Assembly: GCA_040904565.1 (NCBI GenBank)
Contig: JBBDTI010000075.1
Location: 183,659 to 247,658 of the forward strand
Direction: 5' to 3'
DNA: 64,000 nucleotides
Source: Rhodothermales bacterium
GTDB taxonomy: Bacteria; Bacteroidota; Rhodothermia; Rhodothermales; VXPQ01
Shown: piece after piece, positions 33,685 to 42,729 of the stretch
How the letters are laid out: each line of letters begins with the position of its first letter
Position numbering within the stretch: the stretch's first letter is position 1
Made by a program: the position numbers and the translations under genes
The notes under the pieces: model-generated
The model's input: only the letters and a program-made list of their open reading frames with translations
What the model was told of the DNA's origin: nothing
Databases searched by the model: none

Positions 33685-33906
33685 TCATCGACATTCTTGC
33701 ATTGAGCTACTGGCAGGGCTCCAGACGGCATCCGGACGCGCGGACGGTGAACCGTCCTGCCCTTGTTGCGCCGGATGCGCCGTAAGTCGAAGTCGCTCCC
33801 GATACACGGCACCTCTGCCTGAGCGGCGTACATACGCATCGTTCATGGCGTCTCGGTCGGTCGCTATCACGTTCATGGCGAAGCTGCTGGTGGCGAGGCT
33901 ATTCAT
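33685..33906 (-). CDS. Small hypothetical ORF (73 aa) translationally coupled to leuB
   Basis: ATG overlaps the leuB stop (ATGA, 33906-33903); ends 9 nt before the leuA ATG; fills the whole intergenic gap; no recognisable domain. Confidence 0.4.
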   Translation of the reverse strand: MNSLATSSFAMNVIATDRDAMNDAYVRRSGRGAVYRERLRLTAHPAQQGQDGSPSARPDAVWSPASSSMQECR

Positions 33907-35003
33907 GACGGTATCTTCTCTGCGGCGGATACATGCTCGGCAATGCGGCGCCCTACGTCCTTTGTCCCAACCGCCGGGTGGAGGTCGTCGGCGATGTCGG
34001 CCGTTCGCATTCCGCTCGACAGCACGGCCTCGACGCCTTCTCGCACGGAGGCCGCGGCTTCCGCTTCCTGCCAGTGGTCCAGCATCATGGCCGCACTCAA
34101 GACGGCCGCGATCGGATTCGCAACGCCCTTGCCGGCAATATCCGGTGCACTGCCGTGCACCGGCTCAAAAAGTCCGACCCGCCCGCCTACGCTGGCCGAC
34201 GGCAAGAGTCCAAGTGAACCCGGAAGGGTGGCCGCTAGATCCGAAAGGATGTCACCGAACAGATTTCCGGTGACGATCACGTCGAAATCAGAGGGCCGCC
34301 GAACGATCTGCATGGCCGCATTGTCGACGTAGAGATGATCGAGCTCCACGTCGGAAAAAGACGCTTCGTGCACCCGCGCGACCACGTCGCGCCACAGCCG
34401 GGAGACGTCGAGCACGTTCGCCTTATCGACCGACGTTACGCAGCCGCGGCGGCGGCGCGCCCAGTCGAACGCAACGCGCGCGATGCGCTCCACCTCGTGC
34501 TCGGCATACCGCATCGTATTGAACGCCTCCTCTTCCTCGGTCGATATACGTCCTTTCGGCTCGCCGAAGTAAATGCCGCCGGTCAGCTCGCGGACGATCA
34601 ACATGTCCGTTCCGGCGACGCTGCTTCGCCGTAAGGGGGACGAGTCCAGGAGCGCATCCGGCACGGACACGGGCCGCAGGTTGGCATACACGCCGAGCTC
34701 CTTCCGAAGTCGGAGCAGGCCGGCCTCCGGCCGCTGATCGCCCGTCCGGTCGTCCCACCGGGGCCCACCGACGGCACCAAGCAACACGCCGTCGGATGCC
34801 TTGCAGGCCTCCAGTGTCGACGCCGGAAGGGGCGTGCCGTCCGCGTCGATAGCCGCTCCGCCGGCGCGATGCTCCTCTACCTCCAGCTGAAAACCGTAGC
34901 GGATTCCCGCCTGTTCGAGCACGCGCAGCGCTTCTTCCGTCACCTCACGCCCGATCCCATCTCCGGGAAGCCACGCAATACGATATGTCGTCTTGCTACC
35001 CAT
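33903..35003 (-). CDS. leuB: 3-isopropylmalate dehydrogenase
   Basis: LPGDGIG, GAVGGP, RELTGGIYFG, VDKANV, YVDNAAMQ, NLFGDILSD, EPVHGSAPDIAG. Confidence 0.96.
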   Translation of the reverse strand: MGSKTTYRIAWLPGDGIGREVTEEALRVLEQAGIRYGFQLEVEEHRAGGAAIDADGTPLPASTLEACKASDGVLLGAVGGPRWDDRTGDQRPEAGLLRLRKELGVYANLRPVSVPDALLDSSPLRRSSVAGTDMLIVRELTGGIYFGEPKGRISTEEEEAFNTMRYAEHEVERIARVAFDWARRRRGCVTSVDKANVLDVSRLWRDVVARVHEASFSDVELDHLYVDNAAMQIVRRPSDFDVIVTGNLFGDILSDLAATLPGSLGLLPSASVGGRVGLFEPVHGSAPDIAGKGVANPIAAVLSAAMMLDHWQEAEAAASVREGVEAVLSSGMRTADIADDLHPAVGTKDVGRRIAEHVSAAEKIPS

Positions 35004-35009
35004 GCGCTT

Positions 35010-36062
<1,053 letters not shown>

Positions 36063-36147
36063 TTAGTGGTAGGGTCAAATGGTGGGCTTCAGATCGCGGC
36101 CGCGACGGAATCCGGTACGCCGCGCCGACCGAGCATAGGCAGGCCGG

Positions 36148-36726
36148 TCAGTCGCCAAAATGCAGGGCGCGGTGCATGGCAACGCGCCCGCTTCGAGCCA
36201 TCTCCTCGATGCCGTGCTGTCGCATCATCCCGATGAAGGCGTTGATCTTCTTCGACGGTCCGGTCAGTTCGAACGTCATGGTATCGGGCGTGACGTCGAC
36301 GACCTTCCCGCGGAAGATGTCGAGCGTATCCATCATCTCCGAGCGGTTCTGTTTGGTATAGCTCACTTTCAGCAAGCACAGCTCGCGTTCGACGTGTTCA
36401 TTCGATGTCAGGTCGATCACCTCGAGCACGTCGACGAGGCGATTGAGCTGTCGGTTCACCTGCGCGATGATCCGATCGTCCCCCGTCGTCACGATGGTCA
36501 TGCGGGAGATGGTCGAGTCGTCCGTCTCACCTACCGTGACACTCTCGAGGTTGAACCCGCGCGCGGAGAACAGGTTGATCACGCGGTTCAGCGCGCCGAT
36601 CGTATTTTCGAGACGTACGGCGATGATGTGCCGATGCTCGTGCTTCTTTTCACCCGATTCGATCGGCTCGCCCTGAGCCTTCTTCCGGATGATCTGCTGT
36701 GGCGTTAAAGTGCTCGTGTCAGCCAT
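36148..36726 (-). CDS. ilvN: Acetolactate synthase small (regulatory) subunit
   Basis: ACT domain LENTIGALNRVINLFSARGFNLESVTVG; ERELCLLKV; EMARSG. Confidence 0.94.
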   Translation of the reverse strand: MADTSTLTPQQIIRKKAQGEPIESGEKKHEHRHIIAVRLENTIGALNRVINLFSARGFNLESVTVGETDDSTISRMTIVTTGDDRIIAQVNRQLNRLVDVLEVIDLTSNEHVERELCLLKVSYTKQNRSEMMDTLDIFRGKVVDVTPDTMTFELTGPSKKINAFIGMMRQHGIEEMARSGRVAMHRALHFGD

Positions 36727-36750
36727 CGTATACTGCTCGATATCAAGTGT

Positions 36751-38550
36751 TTAAACGAACGCGTTCGGCGTGAGGCGCTTCGTAATCATCTCATCCGTCG
36801 ACGCACCGGAGGGCACCATCGGGAAGACCATTTCTTCCTTGATGACCCGGAACTCCATCACCACGGGGCGATCGTTGACCTCCCAGGCTTGCTTGATGAT
36901 CTCGTCGACCTCCTCGGGCTTCTCGGCCCGCAGTCCGACGCAGTGATGCGCCTCGGCCAGCTTGACGAAGTCCGGGTTCGTCTCCGTCAGATCCGTGTGA
37001 CTGAATCGCTCCTCGTGAAACAGCTCCTGCCACTGGCGCACCATGCCGAGAAAGTTGTTGTTGATGACGACGATTTTGAGAGGCAGCTTGTGCGCGGCCG
37101 CCACGCTCAACTCCTGCGCGTTCATCACGAAACCGCCGTCGCCGTTGATGGACACGACCGTACGGCCCGTCCCCCTCAACCCGAACGCGGCACCCATGGC
37201 CGCAGGCAGGCAGAATCCCATCGTTCCGAGTCCACCCGACGTAATGTGGGAACGAGGATGGATGAACCGTCCGTACTGGGCGGCCCACATCTGATGCTGC
37301 CCGACATCCGTCACCGTAACGGCCTCGCCCTTTGATTGCTCGCGGATGCGCTGCAGGACGTACTGTGCACGCAGCCGGCCGTCATCCTGATCGTACTCGA
37401 GAGGTGCCTTTTTTCTCCACGCATCGATCTGCTGGAGCCATGCGTCCGTATCGCCGGCTTCTACGAGAGGCTCCAGCCGCTCGAGCGCGTCACGCGTATC
37501 GCCGACGATGGCGCAATCCACGTACACGTTCTTCGAGATGCTCGACGGGTCGATATCCATATGGATGATCTTTGCGTGCGGCGCCCACGATTCGAGCTTG
37601 CCCGTAACCCGATCGTCAAATCGTGCGCCGACGGCAATGATCAGGTCCGAGTTCTGCACGGCCATATTCGCGTACCACGTTCCGTGCATGCCGAGCATGC
37701 CCAGCGAAAGTTCATCGTCCTCCGGAAAGGCACCCAATCCATGTAGCGTCGTCGTGACGGGTATGCGAGTCTTTCGCGCCACCTTCGTCAGGATTTCGGA
37801 GGCATCACCACCAACGGTCCCTCCACCTACGTAAAACAGCGGCTTCTTCGCTTCAGCCATCATGCCTGCCGCACGGCGAATCTTGTTCTCGGCTCCGTGG
37901 GCCGTAAACGAATAGCCGCGAAGATCGACATCTTCGGGATACACGAACTCCGTCTCATCCAGCAGGACATCCTTCGGCAGATCCACGACCACGGGTCCGG
38001 GCCGCCCCGTGCGCGCTATATGGTAGGCATGCTTCACCGTCCTGGCCAGGTCCTTCACGTCCCGCACCAGAAAGCTGTGCTTCGTGATGCTGCGGGTAAT
38101 GCCGATCGTGTCGCACTCCTGAAACGCGTCGTTCCCGATGAGGTGGGTGGGCACCTGCCCGGTGAACACGACGATAGGCACGGAATCCAGGTAGGCGTCG
38201 GCGATACCCGTAACCGTGTTGGTGGCGCCGGGCCCGCTCGTCACGAGCACGGTGCCGACCTTTCCGGTCGCCTTCGCGTAGCCCTCGGCGGCGTGCGTGC
38301 CTCCCTGCTCGTGTCGGACGAGCACGTGCTCGAAATCCGGCTTGATGCGCGCCATCTCGTCGTAAATCTTGATGACCGCACCGCCCGGATGCCCGAATAC
38401 CACCTCGACGCCCTCAGCGTCCAGGGAGCGTAGAAAAATCTCCGCGCCGCTCATGCGTTTCGATCCGTTGACGGATGTCCGAGCCTGCTCGATACCGTCT
38501 TCTCTCGTCTCAGGCATGGACTTGGTCGTTGTGTTCTGGTCGTCTTTCAT
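36751..38550 (-). CDS. ilvB: Acetolactate synthase large subunit, biosynthetic
   Basis: FGHPGGA, RHEQG, TSGPGATN, DAFQE, DVGQHQMW, SGGLGTMG; ThDP motif GDGGF..NN; likely start ATG 38550. Confidence 0.96.
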   Translation of the reverse strand: MKDDQNTTTKSMPETREDGIEQARTSVNGSKRMSGAEIFLRSLDAEGVEVVFGHPGGAVIKIYDEMARIKPDFEHVLVRHEQGGTHAAEGYAKATGKVGTVLVTSGPGATNTVTGIADAYLDSVPIVVFTGQVPTHLIGNDAFQECDTIGITRSITKHSFLVRDVKDLARTVKHAYHIARTGRPGPVVVDLPKDVLLDETEFVYPEDVDLRGYSFTAHGAENKIRRAAGMMAEAKKPLFYVGGGTVGGDASEILTKVARKTRIPVTTTLHGLGAFPEDDELSLGMLGMHGTWYANMAVQNSDLIIAVGARFDDRVTGKLESWAPHAKIIHMDIDPSSISKNVYVDCAIVGDTRDALERLEPLVEAGDTDAWLQQIDAWRKKAPLEYDQDDGRLRAQYVLQRIREQSKGEAVTVTDVGQHQMWAAQYGRFIHPRSHITSGGLGTMGFCLPAAMGAAFGLRGTGRTVVSINGDGGFVMNAQELSVAAAHKLPLKIVVINNNFLGMVRQWQELFHEERFSHTDLTETNPDFVKLAEAHHCVGLRAEKPEEVDEIIKQAWEVNDRPVVMEFRVIKEEMVFPMVPSGASTDEMITKRLTPNAFV

Positions 38551-38685
38551 ACTGATACGCTGATCCTGGCGTGGATGCTCTCCGTGAGGTTGCTTGCACT
38601 GGGTAACGATGCATCCGACCCATCGTCGAAAAGCGACGTTCCCTTCCACCACCGGGGCGCGCTGTGCTCCCGGTCGCCGGCATTC

Positions 38686-38881
38686 AATAAATAATTACAG
38701 GGGGGCCGCATCGGCTTCGCGGGCGTCGTCTGAGGGCCAACCCCTCAACGTCCGTCTGATGCCTGATTGCACACCTGGAGAAATGCTAGGGGATTGACCG
38801 GGGGACTTAGCCCGAAATAATAATAAGGCTAACAAGGAGGACGACCGCTAGAAGCCGTCCACTACGTACAAGGTCAATCCC
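38686..38881 (-). promoter_or_regulatory. Candidate attenuator RNA of the ilv-leu operon
   Basis: mRNA segments 1 GGGAUUGACC (38881-38872), 2 GGUCAAUCCC (38799-38790) and 3 GGGGUUGGCC (38744-38735); hairpin UGAGGG/CCCUCA (38747-38731); U-rich tract 38699-38686. Confidence 0.6.
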
Positions 38882-38968
38882 TGAAAGGACCCGCGCGTCC
38901 ACATTGATCCGCTCGACGCCACACCGCTTGATGGCGCTGACTGCGATATGTGACTGCGGATAATACAT
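38807..38968 (-). CDS. Leu/Val/Ile-rich leader peptide of the ilv-leu operon (IlvL-like)
   Basis: Hand translation MYYPQSHIAVSAIKRCGVERINVDARVLSGIDLVRSGRLLAVVLLVSLIIISG* (53 aa; alternative GTG start at 38902 gives 31 aa); 11 of 13 codons at 38854-38816 are Leu/Val/Ile; same strand as ilvB and upstream of it. Confidence 0.75.
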   Translation of the reverse strand: MYYPQSHIAVSAIKRCGVERINVDARVLSGIDLVRSGRLLAVVLLVSLIIISG

Positions 38969-39312
38969 GCTCGTGTGCGTGTGACGTGGTACTGCGCTGA
39001 AGGTCCTGCGTCAGGTGTGTCCAAGAACGTTAATCCTAACGCGCTCGTCAAGTGATAGATCGGGCAATTAATCAAGTCCCCCCACAGAGAGGGGCTCTCC
39101 TCGGTAGCGCTTACAGTTTACTTATATAGTTTATATCTGATATATACCTCTCTTTTTCAGTCTCTTAAGACAGCTACCCTAATACTATTATCTGCCAGGT
39201 CACTAGCTGGGGCTCGATCCGCCTTCCATTTCATGCTATCTTCACCTCTATCCACCTCGGGGCGCCGGCCCAAAGAGCCTTCACATACGCTTCACCGGCA
39301 TTCACTGGCCTA

Positions 39313-39409
39313 AAAAGCGCTTTTACGCACGCCGCCAAAATTGAAAGCGCTTTTATTATTCGAGGTATTGAACTGTTTGTGCTCTTATCCTTAACATTGC
39401 AAGTGTTAA
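39313..39409 (+). promoter_or_regulatory. amtB promoter region with palindromic operator candidates
   Basis: AAAGCGCTTT twice with centres 30 bp apart (39314-39323, 39344-39353); TTG-N21-TAACATTG resembles the Bacteroidota -33/-7 promoter; TTAACA-N7-TGTTAA palindrome (39391-39409) overlaps the -7 element. Confidence 0.55.
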
Positions 39410-39454
39410 TCCGGATTTCGCCTTAATTCTTTAGGCCATAACGAGATCACACTT

Positions 39455-40849
39455 ATGATACGCGCAATACTCCTAGCCCTTGTCCTCGCCGTGGCGGCAC
39501 CCGTCGCGGCTTTTCCCACCGCACCGGCATCCCCTGCACCGCAAGAGCAGGTCGAAGGCGCCGATGCCATGACGGAGGCGCCTCCTGAGGAAGCGCCGGT
39601 CGAAGTCGCTCAGGCACCCGATACGCAGGCGAATCTCGACTTCGTCTGGACGATCCTGGCGGCCGTACTGGTCTTCTTCATGCAGGCCGGATTCGCCCTC
39701 GTAGAGACGGGCTTCACGCGGTCGAAGAACGCCGTGAACATCATCATGAAGAATTTCATGGATGTATCCGCGGGCGCACTCGTGTTTTTCACGGTCGGGT
39801 TCGGACTGATGTTCGGGACCACGGCCGGCGGTTGGATCGGAACGGACGGCTTCTTCCTGGCCGGACTCGCTGACGATCCGTGGACGTGGGCCTTCTTCCT
39901 GTTCCAGGCCGTGTTCGCCGCCACCGCGGCGACGATCGTGTCCGGTGCCGTGGCCGAGCGGACGAAGTTCACGGGCTACCTCATCTTCTCCGTCCTGATC
40001 ACGGCGTTCATCTACCCCGTCTTCGGTTCGTGGGCGTGGGGCGGCCTGTTCAACGGCGCAGGATGGCTCGAGGCCCTCGGCTTTATCGACTTCGCCGGGT
40101 CCACCGTGGTGCACTCCGTGGGCGCATGGGCCGCGCTGGCCGGTGCCCTCGTCGTCGGGCCGCGCGTGGGCAAGTACGACGAGCACGGCAAGCCGCGGCA
40201 CATCGCGGGGCACAGCCTTCCGCTCGCCGCACTCGGCGTGTTTATCCTCTGGTTCGGATGGTTCGGCTTCAACGCCGGTTCCACCACCGCCGGTACGGTT
40301 GACATCGCACTGATCGCCTTGAATACGTTCCTCGCCGCGGGCGCAGGAGCCACCGCGTCAATGATCACCACGTGGATCCGAAACGGCAAACCCGACGCTC
40401 CCCTGACGCTGAACGGCGTGCTGGGCGGACTCGTCGGCATCACGGCCGGGTGCGCGAACCTCTCGCCCGGATTCGCCATCATCACGGGAGCGATCGCCGG
40501 TGTCATCGTCGTCTATTCGACCATGCTGCTCGATAAATTCGTCGACGACGCCGTAGGCGCCATCACGGTTCACGGCGTGTGCGGAGCGTGGGGAACGCTT
40601 GCTGCCGGACTCTTCAATGCCGGCAACATGTTCGACATGAGCATCGTGAGCGTGCAGCTGATCGGTATCGCTGCCGCCTTCCTGTGGACCTTCCCGGTCA
40701 GCTTCGTGCTGTTCAAGCTCATCGATTCGATCGTCGGACTGCGCGTCAACGGGCAGCTCGAAGAGATCGGACTCGATCTCCACGAGCACGACAACCAGGC
40801 CTATCCGGAGTTTCTGCCGGAGGACGAGCTTTCGCTCTCCGAGGTCTAA
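39455..40849 (+). CDS. amtB: Ammonium transporter (Amt family)
   Basis: Signal-like N-terminus; FFMQAGFALVE, IVSGAVAER, DFAGSTVVH, LWFGWFGFNAGS, DDAVGAITVHGVCG (twin His); C-terminal EEIGLDLHEH. Confidence 0.96.
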   Translation: MIRAILLALVLAVAAPVAAFPTAPASPAPQEQVEGADAMTEAPPEEAPVEVAQAPDTQANLDFVWTILAAVLVFFMQAGFALVETGFTRSKNAVNIIMKNFMDVSAGALVFFTVGFGLMFGTTAGGWIGTDGFFLAGLADDPWTWAFFLFQAVFAATAATIVSGAVAERTKFTGYLIFSVLITAFIYPVFGSWAWGGLFNGAGWLEALGFIDFAGSTVVHSVGAWAALAGALVVGPRVGKYDEHGKPRHIAGHSLPLAALGVFILWFGWFGFNAGSTTAGTVDIALIALNTFLAAGAGATASMITTWIRNGKPDAPLTLNGVLGGLVGITAGCANLSPGFAIITGAIAGVIVVYSTMLLDKFVDDAVGAITVHGVCGAWGTLAAGLFNAGNMFDMSIVSVQLIGIAAAFLWTFPVSFVLFKLIDSIVGLRVNGQLEEIGLDLHEHDNQAYPEFLPEDELSLSEV

Positions 40850-40873
40850 TCCGCACCCACCCAAACGTACCGC

Positions 40874-40905
40874 GCCCGCTCCGCCGAAAGCCCGGCGGAG
40901 CGGGC
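40874..40905 (+). terminator. Strong intercistronic stem-loop between amtB and the porin gene
   Basis: Perfect 13-bp stem GCCCGCTCCGCCG/CGGCGGAGCGGGC with a 6-nt loop; no clear U tract, so it may be an mRNA stabiliser. Confidence 0.5.
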
Positions 40906-40963
40906 CTGCGGTTTCGAGATCGACCCTGCCTGTCATTCCATAAACATAGATCACACGCTTACA

Positions 40964-41659
40964 ATGAAAAAACTTCTTACCATCGGTACACTCCTGATTA
41001 CGGTAGCCATCATGACCGGCGTTTCGACACCGGTTGCCGCTCAGGACGTCAGCCTCGGTGCCGACGTGGTCAGCCGCTATGTCTGGCGCGGCACGGACTT
41101 CGGTGAATCAGCCAGCATCCAGCCATCCCTGTCGTTCAACTCGGGTGGATTTGAAGTCGGCACGTGGGCCTCCTACGCCGTCAGTCCGGTCTCGGCCGGA
41201 CTCAACGAACACGACATCTGGGTCGGCTATACGGCCGGTCCGGTGTCGGTCGGCGTGACGGACTATTACTTCCCGGCACCCGGCGGGAGCGGCTTCTTCG
41301 ATTTCGATAATGGAGAAGGCGCGCATACGCTCGAACCGTACGTCGCCTTCGGCGGCACGGAAACCTTTCCCGTATCGCTGTTTGCCGGTTACCTGGCCTA
41401 CAACGACCCGGACAACTCACTCTACCTGAATGCGTCCGTACCGTTCGCCGTGAGCGGTGTGGATATGTCGTTCGGCGTAGGTGCCTCTGCCGGCGAAAGC
41501 GGTTGGTACGGAACGGATGGCTTCGCCATCATCGACGTGGCACTGACGGGCTCCAAAAGTATTCCGATCACGGACTCCTTCGAGCTGCCCGTCTTCGTGC
41601 AGTACGTGCTGAACCCCGATGCCGAACGAACCTTCCTGGTCTTCGGCGTCTCGCTCTAG
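40964..41659 (+). CDS. TorF/Gcw_chp-like outer-membrane porin
   Basis: Signal peptide ending VAAQ; ADVVSRYVWRG and GFEVGTWAS motifs; amphipathic strands; typical position after amtB. Confidence 0.75.
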   Translation: MKKLLTIGTLLITVAIMTGVSTPVAAQDVSLGADVVSRYVWRGTDFGESASIQPSLSFNSGGFEVGTWASYAVSPVSAGLNEHDIWVGYTAGPVSVGVTDYYFPAPGGSGFFDFDNGEGAHTLEPYVAFGGTETFPVSLFAGYLAYNDPDNSLYLNASVPFAVSGVDMSFGVGASAGESGWYGTDGFAIIDVALTGSKSIPITDSFELPVFVQYVLNPDAERTFLVFGVSL

Positions 41660-41813
41660 CACCTGAACGTCAGCCGGACCGGCAGCCACGCGTCGTACGG
41701 CCGGTCGCTATTGCACGAGCAGCGGACCGCTCCGCCATCGGGCGACGCATGACAGCAACCGGACGGTGGTGGAACACCCTGCTCAACCAGGAGGACGTCC
41801 GCGTCTTCTTAGA

Positions 41814-41839
41814 AACAGGCCCCGGCAACGGGGCCTGTT
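41814..41839. terminator. Hairpin between convergent genes (probable terminator)
   Basis: 11-bp stem AACAGGCCCCG/CGGGGCCTGTT with a GCAA loop. Confidence 0.55.
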
Positions 41840-41855
41840 CCGCGTTCATGGAAGA

Positions 41856-42608
41856 CTACGTGGCCGGTGAGGCAATCTCCGGATACCGATCTCGCAGCCT
41901 TGCCAGCACGGCCCTCGTTCGTCTCAGCCCACCCTCGACCTCGTCCACCTCCTCCGCCAGGCGAACCAGGTCCGCCGGCGTGTCGACGTCATACCACGTC
42001 GGTAATACCGTCAGCCCCGCTCCCCCCTCTGCTACACGACGAACCGTTTCATCGAACACCGCATCGTGACTGTATGACATCTCGTGGAATACCTCCGGCC
42101 TCAGGTCGTTCATCCCGAGCAGGTAATAGCCGCCGTCCTCTGCCGGACCCACGACGACGGTTCGCGGTGTCGCGAGGTGCTCGATCGCTTTCTCAAGAAA
42201 GGAGCTGGGCATCGTAGGATGGTCCGTCCCCACGATGACGACCCGTCCATAGCCCGCCGAGAAGGTTTCCGCGAAGGCCCTGAGCATACGCTCGCCCAAC
42301 ATCGCGCCGCGTTGCGTAAATGTCTTCATCTGCTGGAAGAGGTCGGCGATTCCGGCGTCCAGCGCGCCGTCGGACGGAGCTGCGTCGGACGGAGCTGCGC
42401 CGGACGCATCGTCGTCTGCCGCCGATGACGGCGCCGCGAGGTAAAGTCGAACGTCCGCCGTAAGACCGGTGTACTGCTCCACCGCATCTCCCAGAAACGC
42501 AGCATATACGTCCGCCGCCTCACGCTCCGTCAGGAACGGTGTGAGCCGCGTCTTGACGCCACCCGGTACAGGCGGCTTGGCAAATACGATGAGTGCCGCA
42601 TCGTTCAC
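41856..42608 (-). CDS. DUF2064 / TIGR04282-like glycosyltransferase (CofC-like GT-A fold)
   Basis: IVFAKPPVPGGVKTRL, QRGAMLGERM, IVGTDHP, GPAEDGGYYLLG, WYDVDTPADL; start GTG 42608 or ATG 42695. Confidence 0.85.
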   Translation of the reverse strand: MNDAALIVFAKPPVPGGVKTRLTPFLTEREAADVYAAFLGDAVEQYTGLTADVRLYLAAPSSAADDDASGAAPSDAAPSDGALDAGIADLFQQMKTFTQRGAMLGERMLRAFAETFSAGYGRVVIVGTDHPTMPSSFLEKAIEHLATPRTVVVGPAEDGGYYLLGMNDLRPEVFHEMSYSHDAVFDETVRRVAEGGAGLTVLPTWYDVDTPADLVRLAEEVDEVEGGLRRTRAVLARLRDRYPEIASPAT

Positions 42609-42622
42609 AAACGAACACCACT

Positions 42623-42682
42623 GTCTGCTGAGCGGTCTGCTGAGCGGTCTGCTGAGACGTCTGCTGAGATGTCTCCCGAGAC
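42623..42682. repeat. 12-bp tandem repeat, about 5 units (GTCTGCTGAGnn)
   Basis: gtctgctgagcg gtctgctgagcg gtctgctgagac gtctgctgagat gtctcccgagac. Confidence 0.8.
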
Positions 42683-42729
42683 GTGCACGGGCCATGCTGC
42701 CAGACGTATTCCGCGGCGGCTTCGCGCGC

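Noticed and set aside
38848-39075. 75-aa minus-strand ORF from the track as the ilvB leader
   Set aside because: It has no BCAA codon run; the overlapping frame 38968-38807 carries the L/V/I tract
39076-39200. AT-rich stretch as origin DUE or foreign DNA
   Set aside because: No DnaA boxes or mobile-element signatures; explained as the divergent promoter region of ilvB and amtB
41660-41855. glnK remnant or small gene after the porin
   Set aside because: No PII-like sequence in the frames I read; the region holds hairpins between convergent genes
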